Assembly: GCA_013239625.1 (NCBI GenBank)
Contig: MU053482.1
Coordinates: 1,215,168 to 1,279,167, forward strand
From: Lama guanicoe
Lineage: Eukaryota
Length of the DNA stretch: 64,000 nt
Direction: 5' to 3'
The notes under the pieces are model-generated. The model made no database searches. It was not told the origin of the DNA and saw only the letters and a list, made by a program, of their open reading frames with translations. This document shows positions 54,843-64,000 of the stretch, piece after piece. Numbering within the stretch: position 1 is the first letter of the stretch; every line of letters begins with the position of its first letter. The translations under genes were made by a program, and so were the position numbers.

Positions 54843-55838
54843 ATGAGTAATTTTATTTTATTAGTAAATCTTTAAACGTTTCTACAGGGCTTACAGAAGG
54901 GGCGATGCTCTCGGGGGCCCAGACGTATAGAAGGCTTGCAGGGGAGATGGGTGTGCACAGCTGCTCTCATCCCTTTCCTGCAAGATCAAGGAGACTGGGA
55001 GATCACATTTAGGTGAGCGAGGTCCAGAGAGTTTCAGGGAAGAATTGGCTTGAAGAGAAGATGGGAAGTTAGCAGAGAAGGCTGCTGGCATGGGCATAAA
55101 AGCAGGGAAGTAACTGGTTCAGGCAATTAACTACCACCTAGAAATCTGTCCACTGATGAGAAGACATTTGGTTGGGATGGGGCAGAGGTTTGCCAGAGGG
55201 TCTGATGGAAGTTAAAGCTGCCGCTGAGTGCAGGTTGAGCCGATGTGGTGAGAAGCATGATTCTGCACTGGCTGGCGGTGAACCCGGAGACTTTCTGAGC
55301 AGAAGAGGGCCTGGGTGGGAGCCGTGTTTGTGTTCCACTGGTGGTTCAACTTCTGTGAGTCTCAGGAGCACCTGAGCAGCTAGGTCAGCATGCAAAGGCC
55401 AGGCCCTCTTTCCTTGAGATGAGCCTGGACCTCTTGCTCCGTTAGCTCTCCGGGTGATCTGGACAGACACCCAGGTTGGAGGAGCATTGAGTTGGTGAGT
55501 CTGCAGTGCAGGGCCAATGGAGAGGCTGCCTGGAACCAGCTGCAGGACAACCAGTCAGGCTACTGCAGCCTAGGGTGAGGTAGTGCCAGGTGAAGCGGCG
55601 CAGTAGGTGAGATCACCCCCAGTGAGTGTTTGGAGAGAAGATGGTCTCTGGTCTGACTCAGCAGCATTTGGCACCCTTGACTGCGTCCTCCGCCCTGAAC
55701 CCTTCGTACGGTTTCTGGGACACCCCTTTCTCAGTTCTCCTGCCTCTTCCTCCTCAGTCTCCTGCCTTGGTTCTCCTCCCTGACAGCTGCACGCTGCATG
55801 TTGGAGTGTTCTACAGAGTCTTGGGGCCTCTCCCTTTT

Positions 55839-55840
<2 letters not shown>

Positions 55841-55878
<38 letters not shown>
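55841..55878. repeat. Uninterrupted T38 homopolymer
   Basis: Read directly from the sequence. Confidence 0.95.
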
Positions 55879-55881
<3 letters not shown>

Positions 55882-58800
55882 ACTACAGTTGCTTCATGTG
55901 CTTGTTTTAAGTCCCACCTTCATGCAGACAGCTCCCGGATTGTCTCCGGGCAGATTTCTTTCTGACTCTCAGACTCGTATTTCCAAATACCTACTCAGCC
56001 TATCTTGCTCGGTGTCCCTAGGCATCTTAAACTGAGTGTTTCCAAACCCAATCTCTTGATTTCATCCCCCAACCCCACCACCCGTGTTGTTGCTCCTGTG
56101 GTTCTCCCCACCCTCCCAGAGGCTCCCAGGCAAAGACTTGAAGTCCTGTTTCCCTCCTCTCATTATGCACATTATCCACAGCCATTATCCAGCAGAGGCC
56201 AGGTTTTAACTCAAGACTGGCTATAAACCCTACGTTCTTTCTTATCAGCCCACGTCCAGTCTATCAGTTAAGCTGACTGGTTTTGCCGTCAACATACATT
56301 AAGGATTAGAACATCTACCATGATCATTCTGATCCAAGCTACCTTTATCTCTTGCCTGGCTTTCTTGTGTTCACTGCTGCACCACCACCCCACCCCACGC
56401 CCATCCTCAGTCCAAGTTGCAGCCAAAAGGATATTTTTAAAAGGTAAGCTAGGTCCTCCTATGCTCAAAACCACGTGGAAGAAAGGGAGGAAAAGCAGTG
56501 GACATCCTCAGGCAGGTCTGTAAGGGGGAGAGTAGTTCCTCAGTGGTACGTGGGGATTAAGTGAGATAATACTGGATAAACTCTTAGCAAGTAGCTCACA
56601 GACACCTGCCCGATACAGGGAAGCTAAGAGGAGAAAGGAACCCACATGAATCGAATCTCGACGCTGTGCCAGGCAGCCCACCCATATTATCTCTTTAAAT
56701 CTTTGTGGTTATTTTTGTTTTTTTATCACTACTAGATATCTACACAATTTAAAGGGTCAAATAATTGTATACAATTTGTTAAAACAGCCCTCTCCCCATC
56801 TACCCACCCCCATTGTTCTTCCTCAGATGCTGCCACTTCAAACTCTTTCAGTATTTTTACCCAGATCACTGAAAAAATGCTTGTTCTGCCACTTTATTAT
56901 TATTTTTTCAGTTGTCATTGTCTCGTGACGTCCAAATTCCCACCCTAGAAGGTGAGAGATGGGAGCTCTCTCTCCAGTCTTGCTCCCATCACTCACAAGC
57001 ACTTCTCCATCCCCTCCATACTGCCAGTGCAATTTCTGTTAAATCCGTATGTACATGGTGTTTCATTGTAAGGACTATGATTATTTTTACTTTTTAGTTT
57101 CCTCGGAGTTCTTTTGTCATTTACTTAGTTTGCTATTTTCTTATCATTGAGTTGAACAAATTCTTCAGCAATTATATAAATCTCTTAAGATGGTCAGATG
57201 CAGCAGGTGTGCTGTTAATTTTATGGCACTGAAGAACTCTCTCCCAGAGCTTTGGGAAGCCCTCCAACATGGACCAACCGCCCTTTTAGGCTTGCTGCAT
57301 AGCTGTCGCCCGGCCATCTCCCTTATGTCTCTGATCACGTTCCCCAAGTCCTTGTGGGTTTGTGTCTTTCCCAATAAGTTTCCCTCCTGTTGTTTCAGTG
57401 GGTAGCTAAATTAGATGTTTGACTTCAATCTGCTGTATTTATCGGAGGTCTCTTTCTTGTTTATTTTTGTCCAAAACAATGAGATTCATTTTATACTGAG
57501 TTTGTAGATGAGACCATTGAGACTCTGAGAGGTTAGGTAACTTGTTTAAAGACCCACAACCATTACATAGCAGAGCCCAGGTTTTTACTCAGCATTGGCT
57601 CGCTATAAACTCTGTTCTTTCCTATTTGTCCTTTAGAAAGAAAGTTAATATTGGTCGACTTGGGATGAAATTGAGAATGTAGGCACTGCCATCAGTTTTC
57701 TTTGTATGTCTTCCTCCATCTTTATTATTATTTTTTAAGTGCTGAAAATGGCTTCTTGCCCTACTATCCCAAAGAGATAAGTTTTCTGTATCCTTTTCAG
57801 AGGCCATCTCCCCAGCTCAAGGATAACAAGAGATATTTCTTTAACCATTTGAAGAGTGAGCATCTGTGGTTTATGGGCGACCAGTAAACTGTGGGGAAAA
57901 GTCTTCAGCTCGTTGAGATGTTGTGATACTTCCTCACCACCTGTTGGCTGTTTGGGGCTGGAAGAGGTCTGAGATGAGTCCAAGTTCGGGGGTGGTGAGT
58001 CTTTGGTTGAGGGTTCTGGCCCGAGGCATTTCCTTCTACCCAGTGATGCTGGACCCTATCTGGCTGCAGCTTTGAGGTGTCAGGGCCCAGCCCTGGCCCA
58101 GGAGACCCTGGAGGGTACCAGGGACTATGGATCTGTTCCTGATTCCTTCCTCCATCCAGGACAGTCCAAGCCTCCCCAAAACACTTGCATCCTGTTGCCA
58201 CTTTTATGAAGAGAAAGCTAGTTTATAAAATGGAATAGAAGCTTGCATTTCAGGATGGGTGAGGCAAGTTAAGATTTACTTACCCAAGACTTGTCTTAGT
58301 CAGCAGTTCCTGCCTACTGCTGGGCACAGAAGTAGTTACTACCGTATCTAAATCACTGCCTTGGAGTGCCCCAGGTGGTGGGCAGCTAATTGTGGCTCAC
58401 CCTCTAAACTTCACCTAACCCTGCACCCTATTTAACTTGGAGGTGCCAAACCGGCCTTTGTGTGGCGCAGATCATGTGGCTCTGACAGCTGTCACCAGAC
58501 ACTGTCATTTTCACACATGGCAGTTCCTTCCTCACTGGCTGGTCTCCCAGCTGCAGGGTTGTTTTCTTCCTGGCTGGTAGCAAAGAGGAGGGTCAAGTCT
58601 TGTCCTAGGGGAGCCCAGCATCAGGCACCATCATGGGGAGGAAGATGACAGCATCTCGAGAGGCCTGTTGGGGAGGGGAGGGTTGCATGACGGGTGGACC
58701 GCACCTTTTCTTTTCTTACACAACATTCCCTTCCTTATCTCTGTAGCTCAGGATGAGCCAGTTCCTTGGTATGAGAAGGCTGCTTGCCCGTCCGTGTCAA

Positions 58801-60692
58801 ATGTAGGGCTCTGTTAATGGTCCAAGTGTCCAGAGCAGGGAAACTGCTTTTGGCTGATATGGCAGCTGTCACTGGACTGAACACATTAAGGACACCATGT
58901 CCTCCTTTGCCTGCTCCTCTCCTTCCTGGGCTGGTGGGGCGCCCCTCCTTAGAGCTCCCAGGGCACAATGTCAGTTCCTCTGCTGACAGGCCCCTGGGTG
59001 GTCGCTGGAGCTCCCCTCTCACGGGTGGAGAAGATGATTTCACTTCCACTCCCCACCACCTGCCTAGAGGTCGTTCTGCCTTTCATGGGGCCCCTTTGGA
59101 GTTTGACCCGGATTCTCCTCTCTCCCAGCCCTTTGGGTTACTGCCTCTTCCAGATGTGCCCTCTGGCCTCGTCACCTTGTTTCTCCTCACATCCCCAATG
59201 AACCCACGCTCCTGAGAGTGGTGCGTGATTCTGTAGGGGTGAACAGACATGGAAGACACAGAGCACTGAATGCAACTGGGTGACACCTTGGCCTCTGAGA
59301 CCCCAAGGTCCTCGAGAGCAGGGATTGTCCCAGGGTGCCTTCCTTACGGGGAGCTCCCACCTGGGGAGGGAAGAAAATGATTGTAGCTGCCAAGATAGCA
59401 GTGGTTGGTGACCTCGTGGCTTCCCTGTTCCATCAGAGTGTCCGTGTTCATTGATGGGGCTGGAGGCGTCGCTTCTATGGTATATTTGGCCCTTCAGCGG
59501 TCCCCTCTGTCCCCGACACCAGTGACCCCTCACAGCCGCCTGGCGCCAGAGGCCGGCAGAGCCCTTTCTCACTGCGTCCTGCCGTCACCGCAGACCCAGC
59601 ACTGAGCTCATCAGCTGCCCCTAGCAGGTTCTGGCTCCCAAGGGCTCCCAGTCTTGACGGCCCAGGTCCTGGGCTGTGAATATACTACACCCTTGACTCA
59701 CATTTCACTTCTCGCCAGCTCCCACGGGTCCACCCAGTTTGCTCTTTGCCAAGTACCAACTCATCCCTGGGCAGAGGGCCCACGGTTCACTGTTAGGGCC
59801 CTTTTGTGGCAGGGGGACATCACTGGGCCCCGTGGGCTCAGCACCTGCTAACTGCCCTCTCACCTTTCACCCCAGTACTAAGGCCCCAGCTAGGCTGACA
59901 TGAGATCTTCCTTTTTAAAAATCTCGATCATGTTGACATCTGAGGCCACTTGAGTGGTGGTGCACGGACATCCAGACCCCTGATGTGGGTGTGATTCCCA
60001 AGCGCCCCTCCTTAATTGCCCTTGTGGAGGTGTTGTGAATTCCGTGGAGGGTTCTGACTCACGGGGAGCAGCTGGGTGCTCCTGTATAATCTCATCAACC
60101 ATTTTGACGTTTGCCAACGACATCCTGTCCTGACATGCTCCCCTGCCTTCCACGCACTGCCCCCTTGGCCTGGAGTCACCCTTATCTTCTGAGAAAGTGC
60201 CTACCCATCCTTCAAGACCCAGGGAAACTGCCTCCCTGCCTCTCTCAGCATGTCTCACACTGGGTCATAATTATTTGGTCATACTTCTGTCCTCTCCACC
60301 AGACTGCATGGTCCGTGGGGCAGGGACTAGGTCTGATTTGTCAGTATCCCCCCAGTGCACAGCAGTTCAGGCAATGCTGGCCACATAGATCCATCCATTG
60401 ATTCACAGTATTTACTCATAAACTTCCTTGTGCCACTCTGCTGTCACGGGGCACTTAGGGGTGAGTGAGGCAGATGGGGGCCCACCTGCCTCCACAGTGA
60501 GGGTGAGCAAGGCCAGTTAGCAAGGAAACAGATGGACTAGAATTTGGAGCCACTGTGCTACAAAGGGGTTGAATTAGGGGCATGCAAGGAAGGCGTCTCT
60601 GAGAAGAGACTTGGTTGCTGCTGGCTGAAGGATGAGGATCAGCTGTGTAGGGAGCTGGGGAAGTGAGCTCAGGGCAGAGGGTCGGCAAAGGG

Positions 60693-61180
60693 TGTGAATG
60701 AAAAACATTACCACCCATATCAGTAAACAAAGGATGCTGTGACAGTCAAGTCATCAGCTGTTACCTCCACCCCCTGACAGTGAATGAAGGGAACTCAGGA
60801 TGCAGACAAGCAGGCAGTCCAGCCTCTGCGACTGCCCCCGACCGTGCACCCTGAGGGAACTCAGGATGTGCGAGCTCAGGATACTGGCCTTAGATAGCTA
60901 AGGTGCACATCAAAGGAATGACTTCAGTGAGCTCAGACCTTTGCACCTTCCCATACATAGAGAAGCGCTAAATTCCTCAACTTGAGATATCTGGTTTTCT
61001 TTAATTAACTGTAATCTGATGTTCTGACCCTTGTCTTTGTTGCAAAAACTCCTATATATTCTGGTCCCACTCTTGCCTGGGCAGAACAATCTCTTAGAGC
61101 GATCTGAGAGGCTATGTCCTGGGCTTGAGTCCTCAGAAAGTCCTCCGAATAAAATACAACTCAACTTTTTTCAGTTGACT
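60693..61180 (+). mobile_element. Solo ERV1-class LTR, sense to PPFIBP2
   Basis: Termini tgtgaatgaaaaa...ttttttcagttgac; internal repeats gggaactcaggatg; TATA-like cctatatat near 61050; AATAAA 61148-61153. Confidence 0.8.
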
Positions 61181-61882
61181 TGGAGTGCTGGGTGTTGTGC
61201 AGGGACCATGGCCGCCGGAGCATGGGGAGCCATGGGAGGGCCACGTCAGGTCGGCAGAGCCTGGATCCTGCCGGCTGCTTCCTTCCGTCACAGTACAGAT
61301 TTTGAATTTTTTTTTTCCCTGGGAGCAGTTGGGAACTTCCTCAGAGGGAAGTAGTTCTTTAAACTTTTACTATCCCTTATGGCCGAATAGGTGTGAGTGT
61401 GCCGAATCTTGCCCTGTTTCTGCTGCCTCTACCCCGCCCTGCCCCCAGCATTGCTCCCATTCACACCCTGAGATCTGCACCCAGATTTGCTCTGGCATGT
61501 GCTCTGTTCTTGCTGCAGCCCTGTCTGGCTCCTGCCACAGCCCCGAGGTGCCAGTGGGGCTCCAGCCCCCTCCGCAAGCTCCTGTCCACACTCCTCTGAG
61601 CTGACTATGTGGTGGTTCTCCAACTGCCAATGCTCAGTGTTCCTTTCTGACCCCTTGGCCTTTGTACCAATGAGTCACTGCCCTCCCTCGCCACATGCAT
61701 AGTGGCTTATCTTTCTTTGCCGTGCCTACCTCTTCCAAAGGACCAGACCCTTGGATCTACCTGGGTTCTCCCTCCCTGAGCCTACCCCATTTTCGGTTAA
61801 AGTTCCTAATCCAGTGAGCTGTCCTGGCACAGATGTATCCTGAGATTATCTCCTCACTTTAAAAAAAAAAGCTAACGTAGCT

Positions 61883-62010
61883 GGGGAGGATATAGCTCAG
61901 TGGCAGAGTGCATGCTTAGCACTGTAGGTTCTGGGTTCAATCCCTGGTAACTCTGTTAAAATAAATAATTAAACCTAATTACCACCACCCACCCACCCTG
62001 CAAAACAAAA
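61883..62010 (+). mobile_element. tRNA-derived SINE inserted beside a MIR
   Basis: ggggaggatatagctcagtggcagag...gggttcaatccc...aaacctaattacc; TSD aaaaaaaagctaa(c/t)gta. Confidence 0.9.
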
Positions 62011-62029
62011 AAAAAAAAGCTAATGTACA

Positions 62030-62220
62030 CCGAGCACTTAAGACATACAATATGAAATTTTCTGTGAAATATTGATTACTCATTTAATCAAGATGTCAAC
62101 CCTGTGGGTTAGGTGCTATTATCATCCCCATTTTTCAGATGAGAACACTGAGGCTCAGAGATCATACAGAAAATGGCAGAGCTGGCTTTGAACCCAGGGT
62201 GTTGAATTGCTCCTGCCTGG
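62030..62220 (-). mobile_element. MIR fragment
   Basis: ctattatcatccccatttttcagatgagaacactgaggctcagaga. Confidence 0.8.
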
Positions 62221-63390
62221 TACTGTCCAGTGTGGTTCTTTGGGGTCCTAACATTCTTCTCCACTTTCCTGTGGTGGCTTACTTTCCTCTCTTCTTGCCA
62301 GAGATCTGACTTCATGGGGAAAATGAGCAACAGAACGTCCTGTTCCCTGAGCTGTGCCCCCTTGGAATGTGGGAGCCCTGTCTCTGTTCTCTGCAGCACT
62401 TAGGCCCATTGTGCACAGGCATGGGCTTTGCTGAATGAGCAGACAACAGCGCCTGCCTTCCATTCACAGGTGTGACCTAAGTCTCTTCTTAGGATTACTG
62501 ATGCTGTTGTAAGTCTCTCCCTGCTACCAGGGAGGGGGTGGGAAGCAAGAAAAATGAGAAGCGGCTGCAAAGACGACAGTTTAGTGTAAAGACCTTTCTA
62601 AGAGGCAGAGTTATCTAGAGATGGAACCAATTGCCATCCTTCCCACTAGAGAGGAGACTCAGCCTTAGGGGAGCGGTGGCTAGGCTGTATTTTTGGAGAA
62701 ATTCTCCAGCCCTGAGAAGATGGCCTTCTGCACCTTGAATGGTGCTGGGTAGAACAGAACTAAAATGGTAAGAGACAGTGCCCCAGGCTCCTGGCATGGT
62801 ACTCCCCCCATGACAGTGTGCCCGTAGCCTTCCTAGACAGGGCGCATTGGCTCACTTGAAATGTGAAAATGGCAGTTGAAGTCTGGATCACAGCCTCCCA
62901 AGGAGAGCATCCCAGATGCGGACAAATGCAGATATAAGATGGCTAATACCTGCTGTGACTCACGGCTGCAGGGCACGTCCTGATGGAGTCCCCGCCATCT
63001 GTGTGCTCTCCCTGACACGGGGGGAGCCTTGAGCCTTCTCCAGGGCGGCTGGAGCTTCTGGAGCCTGGGACCACAGTGATGGTAGGAGAGGCGATCACTG
63101 TTTCGCTGCTGCAGGGGACTCTGGAGAGCCTTAGTGGCTTTTCATGACAGAAGCAAATGGGACCACATGCTGAAGATTCACGGAGGAACAGCACTGGTGC
63201 CAAGAGGTAGAGGCCATCAATGACGGTAGAAACTGCATGTCAGAAATCTAGGATGCCCGTGAGCGTGCTGTGCGGTGGTGGAGCAAGAGGATTTGGTGGG
63301 CATGTAACATGGAACTCTCAGTAATTTTTCCTTTGTTCTATATTTGAATTTTCAGTAGGAGAGGAGGAGCCTGAGCAGGAAGCAGGAGTC

Positions 63391-63454
63391 ATGGCTTCTG
63401 ATGCAAGTCACGCGCTGGAAGCTGCCCTGGAGCAGATGGACGGGATCATAGCAG
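63391..63454 (+). CDS. PPFIBP2: Liprin-beta-2, first coding exon (exon starts 63356 or 63359; gene continues beyond the window)
   Basis: MASDASHALEAALEQMDGIIA(G) is the liprin-beta N-terminus; gtcATGg Kozak; acceptor ttttcag|tag; donor GCA G|gtacgg; OLFML1-PPFIBP2 adjacency is conserved in mammals. Confidence 0.93.
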
Positions 63455-64000
63455 GTACGGTCAGGGTCCTGATGACTGATGGCTGGTCCTCTGCCCTGAG
63501 AAACGGCTTCCTCTCACTGGACATTTCTTTCTTTCTTTTTTTTCAGTGCGGAGAGAAGCCCCCCCATTGGGTTTCTTTTAGTTTACTGTGTGTGCCACCT
63601 TTTTGAATGGTACAAACTTGGATTCTGATATCTGGCATGAGTCTAGGTCTCTGTTGAGACTAGGGATGCACCAGATATTAGCATGTGTATGACTGTGTCA
63701 CAGTTTGGGTCCTGGCTGCAAGGCAGTTTGGGCTCAGTCAGATTGATTTTGTCGTAAAATGTTCAGAGCACATCATGGCTCGTTGCAGTCGAGCTGAAGC
63801 TTGAAATCTTGCAGACTCTGCCGCCTACTGCAGGTGGCAGCTCCCTTTCCCAGCCAGACTCCAGTACGTTAGGGAGTCAGGAGGCAGGTTTGCATCGATT
63901 CACCTAATCACCTGACGAACGCTCTTTCTGCCGTATTGTTCTTTTTATCCATTGCAGCTGTTTGGCTTCATGTTTGCGTTAGCCAGTGAGGAACATTCTC

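Overview
Eutherian mammalian genomic DNA, most likely camelid (alpaca/camel; inferred from 13 copies or fragments of a tRNA-derived SINE ending in 'aaacctaattacctcccc' plus an A-rich tail). It holds the complete three-exon OLFML1 gene on + (CDS 11476-11601, 13916-14204, 25032-25822; 401 aa). Next come a CpG-island promoter (~29650-30520), a putative non-coding first exon, a ~33 kb first intron and the first coding exon (63391-63454) of PPFIBP2/liprin-beta-2. The rest is intergenic or intronic sequence rich in solo LTRs, SINEs, L1 3' ends, MIR/L2/MER5 relics and microsatellites. Almost all ORF-track entries are spurious. I found no novel protein-coding system. The best leads are non-coding: an intact LTR with 7 CCAAT boxes and 2 octamers, a complex templated-insertion scar, an unannotated antisense promoter/first-exon signature, divergent identical CTCF cores around OLFML1, and inverted SINEs flanking OLFML1 exon 2. 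Repeat family names and many repeat boundaries are by-eye estimates.
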